64,000 bases of DNA from positions 655,985-719,984 of the forward strand of contig CP053446.1 in NCBI GenBank assembly GCA_013285405.1, written 5' to 3'. The stretch's first letter is position 1. Each line of letters begins with the position of its first letter. Below the pieces are notes generated by a model. That model was not told the origin of the DNA. It did no database searches and saw nothing but the letters and a program-made list of their open reading frames with translations. Below are positions 40,464 through 51,012 of this stretch, one piece after another. This stretch comes from Ignavibacteriota bacterium. GTDB lineage: Bacteria; Bacteroidota; Ignavibacteria; Ignavibacteriales; Ignavibacteriaceae. Both the position numbers and the translations under genes were made by a program.

Positions 40464-41594
40464 ATGAAAACGATTTATGAATTTGTTATAAAAGAACTTC
40501 TGCAATTTAAACGTGATAGAAAAATGCTGGCGGTTGTTTTTATGGCGCCAATACTACAATTAATATTGCTTGGTTATGCTGCTAATATGGATGTTGATGT
40601 TGTTCACACTACAATATTTGATCAGGATAGAACTGCTGCCAGCAGAAAATTTATTAAAAATTTTGATGAGTCCGGTTACTTTGCAATTGATTATTATGCG
40701 TCCAGCTATGCTGAAGTAACTGAACTTATTGATAAAGGTAAAACCCTTGTAGCAATTGTAATTCCTAACGACTTCGAAAAGAAATTATATAGACGAGAAA
40801 CCGTTGCAATTCAAACATTATTCGAAGGATCTGATGGCAATAAGTCTTCAATTGCATTAGGATACATTCAGGGAATAACAAACCGTTATTCACAACTTAT
40901 TGTAAACGAAACTAAAGATAAATATGGAATGAAACTTCCTCTGGCGGGTTCACTCGTCCCTGAAGTAAGAGTGTGGTATAATCCTGAGATGAAAACACAA
41001 AACTATATGGTTCCGGGAATTATGGGACTTATACTGATGATAACAACTTTATCGCTGATGTCAATGGCTGTAGTCAGGGAAAGAGAAATCGGAACACTCG
41101 AACAATTAATTGTTACACCGATAAAACCTTATCAGCTTATTCTTGGTAAGTTGATTCCTTTTACAATTATTGGTTTTGTCGTTATGATAATTGTAATGAT
41201 AATAATGACGCAATGGTTTGGTATTGTTGTACGGGGGAGCAGATTATTTCTTCTGTTCACAGCATTATTATTTGTATTGTCAAATCTTGGGCTAGGCTTA
41301 TTCTTGTCAACAGTTTCTAAAACACAAAACCAGGCAATGATGGCTTCTGTATTTGCATTGATGATGCCGATGATTTATTTGTCAGGATTTGCATTCCCGA
41401 TTGAAAATATGCCTGAAGTAGTACAATACATAACTTATCTTATTCCTTTAAGATATTTTATTACAATACTTCGTGGTATCGTACTGAAAGGTATCGGGTT
41501 TACATCGTTATGGCTGGAAACTTTAATACTTTTCGGAATGGGAGCGGGGATTTTAATTTTAAGCTCATTAAGATTTAGTAAGAAAATTGAATAA
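40464..41594 (+). CDS. ABC-2 family transporter permease (paralog)
   Basis: Same architecture as the preceding gene, with shared motifs (REREIGTLEQL, GFAFPIENMP). Confidence 0.85.
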   Translation: MKTIYEFVIKELLQFKRDRKMLAVVFMAPILQLILLGYAANMDVDVVHTTIFDQDRTAASRKFIKNFDESGYFAIDYYASSYAEVTELIDKGKTLVAIVIPNDFEKKLYRRETVAIQTLFEGSDGNKSSIALGYIQGITNRYSQLIVNETKDKYGMKLPLAGSLVPEVRVWYNPEMKTQNYMVPGIMGLILMITTLSLMSMAVVREREIGTLEQLIVTPIKPYQLILGKLIPFTIIGFVVMIIVMIIMTQWFGIVVRGSRLFLLFTALLFVLSNLGLGLFLSTVSKTQNQAMMASVFALMMPMIYLSGFAFPIENMPEVVQYITYLIPLRYFITILRGIVLKGIGFTSLWLETLILFGMGAGILILSSLRFSKKIE

Positions 41595-41615
41595 TATATC
41601 GAAAGGATAAATAAG

Positions 41616-42062
41616 ATGAAAAATTATAAACCAAAATTCTGGCAAATTATTTTAACTTATGCGATTGTTCTCCTGCTGATGTTAATATTTTACTCATCTG
41701 ATTCAAAAGCACAATCAAAAGAAGATTATAAAATTCTTGATTTGAAAACAGAAATCGGTGAAGGAAAAGATCAGGAAGTAAAAATTCTCTTTGAAGGTGA
41801 AAGAAGAAAAATTGCACAGCTAACTCTCAGGAATGGAAAACGTCTCGAATCTCACAGTGTTGAAGAACCAATAGTTATACAGTGTATTGCAGGCAGTGGT
41901 GAAGTGTTGATCCAAAATGATGAAGCTGAAAAAACAATTGAATTATTACCAGGAAAAACTTTAACTATTGAAGGCAGCGTGCTGCATGATGTAATTGCCA
42001 GACCTGAAGTATCTATTTTGCTGATACGGTTTCTCGATTTCAAAAATGAACCTAAAAATTAA
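41616..42062 (+). CDS. Exported cupin-like protein
   Basis: N-terminal hydrophobic segment plus a single cupin-like barrel (HSVEEPIVIQCIAGSGEVL...GSVLHDV). Confidence 0.45.
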   Translation: MKNYKPKFWQIILTYAIVLLLMLIFYSSDSKAQSKEDYKILDLKTEIGEGKDQEVKILFEGERRKIAQLTLRNGKRLESHSVEEPIVIQCIAGSGEVLIQNDEAEKTIELLPGKTLTIEGSVLHDVIARPEVSILLIRFLDFKNEPKN

Positions 42063-42082
42063 GTCATCCAGATTCAATAAAT

Positions 42083-43933
42083 ATGAAACTCAAAAAGAAA
42101 AAATTAGCACAACTGCTTGAACAGCTTGAAGAAATAAAAGTTCAAGCTTCAGAATTTGAAAAAAAATATTCCAAAGAATTTGAAATGATTCATTCTGCAA
42201 ATCTCACAAGTGCAAAGAATTTAATTCACTATCTCGCACTCCGGAATCAGGATATCCGGGAAATACAAAACACATTATGGCAGCTTGGAATATCACGTCT
42301 CGGAAGAGCCGAAAGCCACGTGATGGCAAGTATTATTTCTGTTCAGAATATCCTTAAAGGAATTTTAAACGAATTACCGGTCGAATCGGGAAAACCGGAA
42401 ATCAGTTTTAAAAAAGGAAGAAAGATTTTAAAAACAAATACCTCTTCCCTGCTTGGTAAAAAACTTAAAGGCAGCAAAGTCAGAATTATGGTTACACTTT
42501 CCACCGAAGCTGCAGATGATTATAAACTGGTTAAAAAACTTTTTAATGCCGGAATGAACAGTGCAAGAATAAATTGTGCACACGATGATGCAATTGTATG
42601 GGAAAGAATGATTAAAAATATTAAAAAAGGAAAAAAGCAGACCGGCAGGAATTGCAAAATATGTATGGACCTTGGCGGACCAAAACTCAGAACCGGTTCA
42701 ATGCGAAGTGGACCCAAAGTTATTCATCTTACTCCGGAAAGAGATCTTATCGGGAAAGTAACTTCACCTGCAGAAGCGTGGCTTATTGCTGAAGGAAGTA
42801 TTCAACTTGAAAAAATCAGAATAGCTGACGAGGAAATTCTGATTCCATTGTCTGAAGAGTTTTTAAACTCGCTCAAACCAAAGGACGAAATTATATTCAT
42901 TGATTCAAGAGATAAAGAAAGAAAGTTTATTGTCGATAAAAAGTTTAACGAAAGAAGATTAGTTCGCTGCTTTGAATCGGCTTACATTAAAACCGGAACA
43001 ACTTTTACATTGAAAAATAAACGCAGCACAAACGGGATGATCGCAAATGTTGGTGATCTTCTGCCACTGGAAGAATCAATAATTTTGAAACAGGGAGATT
43101 GCTTAATTATTCACAGTGAGCCCGTTCCCGGTGAACCTGCAGAATTCAACATCGAAGGTGAATTATTAAAACCTGCACACATCTCCTGCACTTTGCCTGA
43201 AATTTTTAGCGATGTTAAACCGGGTGAAATAATAATTCTCGATGATGGAAAAATTGAAGGAGTAATTAAAAATGTTGAACAGGATAAAATCGAGGTCGAA
43301 ATAACATACTCAAAAGAAGAAGGCTCAAAACTAAGAGCAGATAAAGGAATTAATTTTCCCGAAAGTAAACTCTCTGTAAATGGATTGACTGAAAAAGACA
43401 AAGAAGATCTGAAATTCATTGCTAAAAATTCCGATGTGGTTAACTGTTCGTTTGTGAACTCAGCGGAAGACGTAAAAATTATTCTTGATGAACTTAAAAA
43501 CCTCGACGCAAAGGAGATTGGAATAATTCTGAAAATTGAGACACGAAAAGCATTTGAAAATTTACCCTCAATTTTGATTACCGCTATGCAGCATTATCCA
43601 GTTGGAGTGATGATTGCCCGCGGCGATCTTGCAATTGAATGCGGCTGGAAAGATCTTGCTAAAATTCAGGAAGAAATTTTATGGCTTTGCGAAGCTGCTC
43701 ATCTTCCAATCATTTGGGCAACGCAGGTTCTTGAAACAATGGCAAAAAAGGGAAGACCATCGCGTGCAGAAATTACTGATGCAGCATTTGCAGGAAGAGC
43801 AGAATCAGTAATGCTTAATAAAGGTCCTTATATTTTTGAAGCAATACAAATTCTTGATGTGATTATAAGTTCGATGCAGGATTACCAGGATAAAAAAACT
43901 CCGTTGATGCCAAAGCTAAAATTGAAAAAATAA
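42083..43933 (+). CDS. Pyruvate kinase family protein with an approx 120-aa N-terminal extension
   Basis: PK barrel motifs RIMVTLSTEAA, GMNSARINCAHD, KIETRKAFENL, MIARGDLAIECG and ATQVLETM. Confidence 0.7.
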   Translation: MKLKKKKLAQLLEQLEEIKVQASEFEKKYSKEFEMIHSANLTSAKNLIHYLALRNQDIREIQNTLWQLGISRLGRAESHVMASIISVQNILKGILNELPVESGKPEISFKKGRKILKTNTSSLLGKKLKGSKVRIMVTLSTEAADDYKLVKKLFNAGMNSARINCAHDDAIVWERMIKNIKKGKKQTGRNCKICMDLGGPKLRTGSMRSGPKVIHLTPERDLIGKVTSPAEAWLIAEGSIQLEKIRIADEEILIPLSEEFLNSLKPKDEIIFIDSRDKERKFIVDKKFNERRLVRCFESAYIKTGTTFTLKNKRSTNGMIANVGDLLPLEESIILKQGDCLIIHSEPVPGEPAEFNIEGELLKPAHISCTLPEIFSDVKPGEIIILDDGKIEGVIKNVEQDKIEVEITYSKEEGSKLRADKGINFPESKLSVNGLTEKDKEDLKFIAKNSDVVNCSFVNSAEDVKIILDELKNLDAKEIGIILKIETRKAFENLPSILITAMQHYPVGVMIARGDLAIECGWKDLAKIQEEILWLCEAAHLPIIWATQVLETMAKKGRPSRAEITDAAFAGRAESVMLNKGPYIFEAIQILDVIISSMQDYQDKKTPLMPKLKLKK

Positions 43934-43987
43934 GAATATTGGAAGAAGAGATGACATCCTCTTAAAGATGTTTTCTCTAAATTAATT

Positions 43988-45298
43988 ATGAAATTTTCTG
44001 ATCCGATTACTGAAAATAAATTTTACGAAAAGCATTTTAATCAGGAAATAATGCAGTCGGAACTTCTGCGCGAGTATGTGCTTGGTGGAGTAATTCTTCT
44101 TTTTGCATCCGGTTCTTTTATCAATGTTTTTTTCTTCAGTACAAATTACGGCGATAAAATTCCAGAATTAGTCACTGCCTCTGCATGGATTTTAATTCTT
44201 TTTCTTTTTCTCGTTGTACGCTCATTTGCTGTAAGAAGAATTATAAAAAATCGAATGAAGAAGGGAAAAGAACTTCCCTACTATCTCAGATATGTTAATG
44301 CATTTTTGGAAACTTCTTTTCCAACCATCGGTTTATTAATTCTTTCGATATATTTTGATCCTGCCGCCGTACTCGTTTCGCCCATGCTGATGCTGTACTT
44401 TTTAATCATAATTATTTCAAGCCTTGAACTTGATCCAAGAATTAGTTTTTTTATAGGTGCAGTTGCTGCAATCGAATATCTTTTAATTGTTTTGTTTCTA
44501 ATAAAGGATACTGAATATCACACGCATATTAATGTGCTTGGTTTGCCGATTGCATATTTCGTCAGTAGTGTGATTCTTTTTGTATCCGGTATTTTAGCAG
44601 GAATAGTTTCCATACAGATTATAAAAAAAGTGTTTAATACTTTTCAGGCAGTTGAAGAAAGAAATGAACTGGAGAAAATTTTTGGTCAGCAGGTATCGAA
44701 AGAAATTGTGGATGAATTCATAAAGAACAAAATGATAATTGAGAACCAGACGCGAACGGCTTGTATTATGTTTCTTGATATCCGCGGCTTTTCAAATTTT
44801 TCTGAAGGTAAAACTCCCGAAGAGATAAACAAATATCAGAACAGTACTCTCGGTTTTATGATTGAAATTGTAAATAAGCACAGTGGGATTGTGAACCAGA
44901 TTCTCGGTGATGGTTTTATGGCAACTTTCGGCGCACCAATACAAAAAGAAAATTATTGCATAGATGCTGTTAACGCTTCTCTGGAAATTATTTCTTCACT
45001 GAAAATGAAAAATGAAAACAAAGAAATTCCGTTTACAAATGTGGGAATTGGTTTACACTCCGGTGAAGTGATAACCGGAAATGTTGGTACTGCCGATAGA
45101 AAACAATACTCAGTAATCGGAAACTCTGTGATAATGGCAGCTCGGCTTGAACAGTTAAATAAAGAATACAATACAAATATTTTAATTTCAAAAGAAGTAC
45201 TTGACAAAATTTCAATTCAAAATATCAACGCTGTATTTCTGGGCTCTGTAAATGTAAAAGGAAGATCTGCACCTGTTGAAGTATATAAACTAGCTTAA
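43988..45298 (+). CDS. Membrane-bound class III adenylate/guanylate cyclase
   Basis: About 6 N-terminal TM segments. Catalytic domain motifs IMFLDIRGFSNF, GDGFMATFGAP, GLHSGEVITGNVG and YSVIGNSVIMAARLEQL. Confidence 0.85.
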   Translation: MKFSDPITENKFYEKHFNQEIMQSELLREYVLGGVILLFASGSFINVFFFSTNYGDKIPELVTASAWILILFLFLVVRSFAVRRIIKNRMKKGKELPYYLRYVNAFLETSFPTIGLLILSIYFDPAAVLVSPMLMLYFLIIIISSLELDPRISFFIGAVAAIEYLLIVLFLIKDTEYHTHINVLGLPIAYFVSSVILFVSGILAGIVSIQIIKKVFNTFQAVEERNELEKIFGQQVSKEIVDEFIKNKMIIENQTRTACIMFLDIRGFSNFSEGKTPEEINKYQNSTLGFMIEIVNKHSGIVNQILGDGFMATFGAPIQKENYCIDAVNASLEIISSLKMKNENKEIPFTNVGIGLHSGEVITGNVGTADRKQYSVIGNSVIMAARLEQLNKEYNTNILISKEVLDKISIQNINAVFLGSVNVKGRSAPVEVYKLA

Positions 45299-45376
45299 AT
45301 AAATTCCGCTTAAAATAAAATTCTTCTGTAAGTTAGCTTATAAAATTTTTCCAGTTATTCATGATTTTCATAACCT

Positions 45377-45808
45377 ATGCCCAGAATAAAAATTGAACTT
45401 CCTCAAAAATTTATTTTCAAAACTGAATTAGCACTCCGCATAACAGATATTAACTATGGTGGTCATCTTGGAAATGATTCATTACTTTCTATAATTCATG
45501 AAGCAAGAGTTAGATTTCTCAATCATCTCGGATATTCTGAATCAAATTTAGAAGGAAACGGAATAATAATGATTGACGCAGCCATTCAATATAAATCGGA
45601 AGGATTTTACGGAGATTCATTAATCATCGAAATAGATGTTAACAGTTTTTCGGGGATAGGATGTGATTTTGTTTACCGCATTACAAACAAAAGTAACGGA
45701 AAAGTAATTGCTCTTGCCAAAACCGGAATAGTTTTCTTCAATTATGAAAAAAGAAAAACAGTTTCAGTGCCTTCAGAATTTGCATTGAAGATTGAGAGTT
45801 TAACTTGA
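45377..45808 (+). CDS. Hotdog-fold acyl-CoA thioesterase (4HBT/YbgC-like)
   Basis: 143 aa; YGGHLGNDSLLSIIHEARVRFL is typical of 4HBT-type thioesterases. Confidence 0.65.
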   Translation: MPRIKIELPQKFIFKTELALRITDINYGGHLGNDSLLSIIHEARVRFLNHLGYSESNLEGNGIIMIDAAIQYKSEGFYGDSLIIEIDVNSFSGIGCDFVYRITNKSNGKVIALAKTGIVFFNYEKRKTVSVPSEFALKIESLT

Positions 45809-46752
45809 TTGATAACATTATTTTCACCGGAAATGTTATTGCTCCAGTATTCCTGCTGGTTGCGCTTGGCTACTTTGTAAAGAGAATTAATGTCATAAAC
45901 GAAAATTTTGTTGAAGTGACTTCAAAGTTCGTTTATTCAGTTTCGCTGCCGGCACTTGTATTTATTAACATCGCTAGGATAGATTTAAGCGAAGCAATAG
46001 AATTTGACCAAATTATTTATGTATATGCTGCAACGCTGATCAGCTTTTTTCTAATATGGATTTTTTCAATTCCATTTATTAAAGACGGAAAAAACCTTAG
46101 TGTATTTGTTCAGGGTGCTTATCGAAGCAACTTTGCAATCGTTGGATTGGCAATTATCTCAAAACTATTCGGAGCTTATGCACTTGGTAAAGCAGCCATT
46201 GTTCTCGCTTTCATTTTACCGCTATATAATATTCTCGCTGTAATAATCTTAACTGTTCCGCTTCGTAAGGAAAGAAAGTTAGATATGAAATCAACGGCGT
46301 ATGAAATTTTGTTTAATCCACTGATCATTGCCGTGATAGTAGGTTTGCCCTTCTCATATTATAAAATTGAATTGCCTTATTTCATAAATTTAACAATTGG
46401 TTTTTTATCAGAACTTGCTTTGCCGCTGGCATTAATTGGTATTGGTGGTTCATTAAATATTCAAAATATAAAAAAAGCTTCCGGGCTTGCGTTTACATCC
46501 TCCGCATTAAAAATAACTGTCGTGCCTTTAATCTTAACTCTTGGCGCATACCATTTTGGTTTCAGAGGATTGGATTTGGGGATTATGTTTATCTTGTTTG
46601 CTTCTCCGACTGCAATAGTAAGCTTTATTATGGCAGAAGCGATGGGTGCAAACGGCAAGCTTGCAGGAAATATTGTGTTGATCAGTACTGTTGCATCGGT
46701 TATTACAATTGCATTCGGGATAGTAATTCTGAAGGAACTTTCATTAATTTGA
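45805..46752 (+). CDS. AEC (auxin efflux carrier) family transporter
   Basis: 10-TM protein of 315 aa. TTG start overlapping the upstream stop. Confidence 0.75.
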   Translation: MIDNIIFTGNVIAPVFLLVALGYFVKRINVINENFVEVTSKFVYSVSLPALVFINIARIDLSEAIEFDQIIYVYAATLISFFLIWIFSIPFIKDGKNLSVFVQGAYRSNFAIVGLAIISKLFGAYALGKAAIVLAFILPLYNILAVIILTVPLRKERKLDMKSTAYEILFNPLIIAVIVGLPFSYYKIELPYFINLTIGFLSELALPLALIGIGGSLNIQNIKKASGLAFTSSALKITVVPLILTLGAYHFGFRGLDLGIMFILFASPTAIVSFIMAEAMGANGKLAGNIVLISTVASVITIAFGIVILKELSLI

Positions 46753-46767
46753 AATTAAAATCCGGTT

Positions 46768-47319
46768 ATGTTTTCAATGGCTAAAAAAATAAGTGATGAG
46801 GCAGTAAAAAAACGTACAGGTAAAAACTGGAAGGAATGGTTTTCGGTTTTAAATAAAGCCGGTGCAAAGAAAATGGAACATAAAGAGATAGCTTTATTGC
46901 TTTCTGAAAAATATCATGTGTCCGATTGGTGGTCACAGATGGTTACAGTACAATATGAACAGGATATTAAAGGAAGGAAAAAGCATGAAACTTCAACCGG
47001 ATTTCAGATTAGTAAAAGCAAAACATTTTTGTTTTCAGTATCCAAAATTTTCAGTGCTGTGCAATCTGCTTCTCAAAGAAAATTATGGTTGATGAATAAC
47101 GATTTCAAAATTACTTCTTTAACAAAGAATAAATCTATCAGGGCGAAATGGGTTGACGGTTTCACAAATATTGAAATACAACTTTATGCTAAAGAGAAAT
47201 TCAAAACTCAGCTTGTAGTACAGCACAACAAACTGACATCTGAAAAAGAAGCTGATAAAATGAAAATCTATTGGGAAAAGAAACTGTATAATCTTAACAA
47301 TTATCTGAATAAAAAGTAG
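46768..47319 (+). CDS. Hypothetical protein (DUF4287-like N-terminus, tentative)
   Basis: TGKNWKEWFSVLNKAGAKKMEHKEIALLLSEKYHVSDWWSQMVTVQYEQ. Confidence 0.4.
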   Translation: MFSMAKKISDEAVKKRTGKNWKEWFSVLNKAGAKKMEHKEIALLLSEKYHVSDWWSQMVTVQYEQDIKGRKKHETSTGFQISKSKTFLFSVSKIFSAVQSASQRKLWLMNNDFKITSLTKNKSIRAKWVDGFTNIEIQLYAKEKFKTQLVVQHNKLTSEKEADKMKIYWEKKLYNLNNYLNKK

Positions 47320-47327
47320 AGTATATA

Positions 47328-47624
47328 ATGAAAGTATTATTAGATCTTTGCGTTGTTCCAATTGGCGTAGGTGTATCCGTTTCAGAATATATTGCTGCCT
47401 GTCAGCAAATTCTGAAGCAAGCAGGTCTGAAACACGAAATGCATATGTATGGTACCAACATCGAAGGTGATTGGGATAAAGTAATGACTGCCGTAAAGAA
47501 ATGTCATGAAGTTGTCCATCAAATGGGCGCCCCAAGAATATCCAGTTCAATCAGACTGGGAACCCGAACTGATAAAAATCAAACTATGGAAGATAAAATA
47601 AAAAGTGTGATAGATAAACTTTAA
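47328..47624 (+). CDS. MTH1187/YkoF (DUF77) family thiamine-binding-like protein
   Basis: 98 aa with LCVVPIGVGVSVSEYIAAC...MHMYGTNIEGDWDKVM. Confidence 0.7.
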   Translation: MKVLLDLCVVPIGVGVSVSEYIAACQQILKQAGLKHEMHMYGTNIEGDWDKVMTAVKKCHEVVHQMGAPRISSSIRLGTRTDKNQTMEDKIKSVIDKL

Positions 47625-47709
47625 TAGTGTACCGTACTTTATCAATAAATTGCATTGATTAATTTCTATTATTAAAAGTAAATAGTTTCTTAACATTTAT
47701 GGAGATTTA

Positions 47710-48456
47710 ATGTACAAAATAGTTTTATTACGTCACGGAGAAAGTACATGGAATAAAGAGAATCGTTTTACCGGCTGGACGGACGTTGATCTCTCTGAAA
47801 AAGGTTTTCAGGAAGCAAAAAAAGCCGGACAAGTTTTAAAAGCTGAAGGTTATAAATTTGATATTGCTTATACATCTGTTCTGAAAAGAGCTATCCGGAC
47901 TTTATGGATATCTCTTGATGAAATGGATTTAATGTGGATTCCTGTAATTCGTAACTGGCGATTAAATGAAAGACACTACGGTGCATTACAAGGATTGAAC
48001 AAAGCTGAGACAGCACTAAAGTTTGGTGAAGACCAGGTAAAAATCTGGAGAAGAAGTTATGATATACAGCCACCTTTTTTAGATAAGAATGATGAAAGAT
48101 ATCCGGGTAAAGATCCGCGCTATGCTGATTTAACTGAAAATGAATTACCGTTAACTGAATGTTTGAAGGATACAGTTGCACGTTTCGTTCCTTATTGGGA
48201 AGGAACAATTACTAATTCAATCAAACAAGGAAAAAAAGTTTTAATCACAGCACACGGAAACAGTCTTCGCGCTTTAGTGAAATATCTGGACAATATCCCC
48301 GATAAAGAAATTGTCGAATTGAATATCCCGACAGGAATACCACTTGTTTATGAACTTGATAACAATCTGAAATCAATAAAAAGTTATTATCTTGGTAACC
48401 AGGAAGAAATTGCAAAAGCAGCAGCGGCTGTCGCAAACCAGGGAAAGTCCAAATAA
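47710..48456 (+). CDS. gpmA: 2,3-bisphosphoglycerate-dependent phosphoglycerate mutase
   Basis: [36 protein letters not shown] and [11 protein letters not shown]. Confidence 0.93.
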   Translation: MYKIVLLRHGESTWNKENRFTGWTDVDLSEKGFQEAKKAGQVLKAEGYKFDIAYTSVLKRAIRTLWISLDEMDLMWIPVIRNWRLNERHYGALQGLNKAETALKFGEDQVKIWRRSYDIQPPFLDKNDERYPGKDPRYADLTENELPLTECLKDTVARFVPYWEGTITNSIKQGKKVLITAHGNSLRALVKYLDNIPDKEIVELNIPTGIPLVYELDNNLKSIKSYYLGNQEEIAKAAAAVANQGKSK

Positions 48457-48495
48457 TTTTATCAGGCTTAATGTTCAGCAAAAAAGGAATTAACG

Positions 48496-49107
48496 TTGGG
48501 AATCTCAATTCATTATAAAGGAAAAATCAAAGACACTACTCTTGTATATTCTGTAGTTGATGAACTTAAAGATATCTCTGAAATAATGAATTGGAATTTT
48601 ACTATAATAGATAATAACTGGGATAAGCCGTTGTCTGCTGAACTAACAACCCACGAAAACAGGACTGAAATTACAGGGCACATACCCCTGAAAGGAATTC
48701 TGATGAACTTGCATCCAAACTGTGAACCATTATCAGTTATGTTTGACAGAAATGGTAACTTACAATCAATTTACGGGATAATAGTAAATCAACAGGAAAA
48801 TAATAAACCAGATAGTTATTATCTATCTGTGAAAACACAGTTTGCTCCTCCTGAGACTCACATTGCGATTGTTAAGTTGTTAAAATATCTGAAAAAAAAA
48901 TATATCCAGGATCTGGAAGTATTGGATGAAGGAAGTTATTGGGAAACTGGTGACAAAGAACTTCTGACACAAAAAATTTCATTTATAAACAAGAAAATAG
49001 ATCAGATTGAAGAAATTATTTTATCAACAAAAAATGATCTTTACTCTCTTAGCCCGGATGAAAGAATTTCATTTCTGGAAAAAATCCTTAGAGATAGATT
49101 AAAATAA
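48496..49107 (+). CDS. Hypothetical protein (203 aa)
   Basis: TTG start 9 nt after AAGGA. No recognisable motif. Confidence 0.4.
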   Translation: MGISIHYKGKIKDTTLVYSVVDELKDISEIMNWNFTIIDNNWDKPLSAELTTHENRTEITGHIPLKGILMNLHPNCEPLSVMFDRNGNLQSIYGIIVNQQENNKPDSYYLSVKTQFAPPETHIAIVKLLKYLKKKYIQDLEVLDEGSYWETGDKELLTQKISFINKKIDQIEEIILSTKNDLYSLSPDERISFLEKILRDRLK

Positions 49108-49245
49108 TTGCCTTATAATTAAGAGGAAAATGCTGATAGTGTGGCAATGTTAATTCATCTCATAAAATTAGCCTTGACTTTGTGATTTCCATTAACCATC
49201 TTTTTACAAGATTTTTAACAATTAATGCATTCGGGAGTTTCTTTT

Positions 49246-50292
49246 ATGCTGAAAAAAATATTCTTCATCTCAGTATCCATTCTACTCTCTATCACATCAA
49301 CAAATGCTCAAACAGTTTTCGGTAAATACGCCGGTGAATTTATGGCGATCGGTATCGGCGGAAGACCACTTGGAATGGGTGGAGCGTTTACGGGAATTGC
49401 TGATGACGTAACTTCGGGTTATTACAACCCTGCAGGATTAGCTAATATAAATTATCCTCAACTTTCCCTAATGCATTCGGAACAGTTTGGCAATCTTGTT
49501 AATTATGATTACGGCGCAGTTGCAATTCCTTTTCAGGAAGATATGAGTTTTGGATTAAGTGTAATGCGTCTTGCAGTTGATGGTATTCCCGATACCAGAA
49601 ATGCATTGATTGACGGTCAAACCGGTCAGCTTATTACTGATATCAATAACATGTATGCTCGTCTTGATTACTCAAAGATTACTGAATTCAGCAATCAGGA
49701 TTGGGCAGTCTATCTTTCATTTGCAAAAAGACAATGGAAAGATTTTTACTGGGGCGCAAATGTTAAAATAATCCGCAGAGATATTGCTGAATTTGGCGCA
49801 ACCGGAATTGGATTTGACATTGGAGCGTTCTGGATGCCAATTGAAAATTTAAGCGTAGGTGGAAATCTTCAGGATGCAACAACTACTTTAGTTGCCTGGA
49901 GTACTGGAACTAATGAACTTATTTCTCCAACACTTAAATTAGGAAGTGCTTATAGAATTACTGAAATACTCGGCGGATATATTATGCCCGCTGTTGATAT
50001 TGATGTTCGTTTTGAAAACCGACAATTTGCATCACAATTTAATGTTGGTCCTGTAAGTTTCGATGCTCATGCAGGTCTTGAGTGGAATATTAAAAATCTG
50101 GTTTATGTTCGAGGTGGTTACAGTGATGTAAAGCAATTTACGGTAGGTGCAGGAGTTAAACTGCCAAAGTTAAACATCGATTATTCATTCGCTCGTTTTA
50201 GCCAATCTGAATTAGACAGACTTCCTGACTCACACAGAATTTCACTCATTCTTACACTTGAAGAACCGAGATTTATGAGGGATGGTCTATAG
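49246..50292 (+). CDS. Outer-membrane beta-barrel protein, PorV/PorQ-like (tentative)
   Basis: Signal peptide MLKKIFFISVSILLSITSTNAQ and GGRPLGMGGAFTGIADDVTSGYYNPAGLA, followed by alternating beta-strand pattern. Confidence 0.5.
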   Translation: MLKKIFFISVSILLSITSTNAQTVFGKYAGEFMAIGIGGRPLGMGGAFTGIADDVTSGYYNPAGLANINYPQLSLMHSEQFGNLVNYDYGAVAIPFQEDMSFGLSVMRLAVDGIPDTRNALIDGQTGQLITDINNMYARLDYSKITEFSNQDWAVYLSFAKRQWKDFYWGANVKIIRRDIAEFGATGIGFDIGAFWMPIENLSVGGNLQDATTTLVAWSTGTNELISPTLKLGSAYRITEILGGYIMPAVDIDVRFENRQFASQFNVGPVSFDAHAGLEWNIKNLVYVRGGYSDVKQFTVGAGVKLPKLNIDYSFARFSQSELDRLPDSHRISLILTLEEPRFMRDGL

Positions 50293-50293
50293 A

Positions 50294-50701
50294 CTACTTC
50301 TTCTCATTGATAACTGACGCCACTAATTCTTCAACAGTATCAACTAAACGTTTAGCTTTAATTGGTTTGGTCAGATAGATATCCGCACCAGCTTGTTCTG
50401 CTTTAATTTTATTCTCTGCAAAGATGTGAGCCGATAAACAAATAATTGGAAGATGAGCAGTCATTGTATTATTTCTGATTTCTTTGATCAATTCTACACC
50501 ATCGTTGCCATCTTTTAAAGAAATATCCATAATCACGGCATCGTACTCATTCTCTTTCAACAATTTGTTCATTGATTTTTTAGTATCACAAAAATCTGTT
50601 TCAAATTTTTTTCTAAGAATAATTTCAAAAAATTTCTGATTCTCAACTTCGTCTTCAACGATTAATAAAACTGGTTTTCTGGATTTAGTTGTTGGGTTCA
50701 T
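50294..50701 (-). CDS. Stand-alone response regulator receiver (CheY-like)
   Basis: LLIVEDE ... VIMDISL ... LTKP receiver motifs. Confidence 0.85.
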   Translation of the reverse strand: MNPTTKSRKPVLLIVEDEVENQKFFEIILRKKFETDFCDTKKSMNKLLKENEYDAVIMDISLKDGNDGVELIKEIRNNTMTAHLPIICLSAHIFAENKIKAEQAGADIYLTKPIKAKRLVDTVEELVASVINEKK

Positions 50702-50766
50702 TTTTCAGCCTTTATTTCTTAAAGAATGAAGAGGAATTTGTGTCTGTTTAATCTACACTCAACAGA

Positions 50767-51012
50767 TCACTGAAGTGCTCCATTCTCTGAGTTCCCCTGT
50801 TGGTAATTTGGTGGATAAGGACCCTCTGCCGGGACTTGCCTTGTATTGTTCATTATAAAAAAAATTGTAAGGATGACAAGTATAAGTACGGTCCAAATAG
50901 TACTTTTATGTTTAGCATAAAACTCGGGCTCACTTTTGTCTTCCCTTTTGATTGTTTGTTTGCCAATCGGATAATTAACTTTTGATTGTGAAGATTTATT
51001 TTTTCTTGACAT
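50767..51012 (-). CDS. Hypothetical single-pass membrane protein (81 aa)
   Basis: Basic N-terminus, one TM segment (IWTVLILVILTIFFIM) and a Pro/Gln-rich tail. Confidence 0.35.
   Translation of the reverse strand: MSRKNKSSQSKVNYPIGKQTIKREDKSEPEFYAKHKSTIWTVLILVILTIFFIMNNTRQVPAEGPYPPNYQQGNSENGALQ

Noticed and set aside
47119-47550. 143-aa minus-strand ORF spanning two plus-strand genes
   Set aside because: It overlaps the DUF77/MTH1187-like gene and the end of the preceding gene. It has no motifs and an implausible composition.
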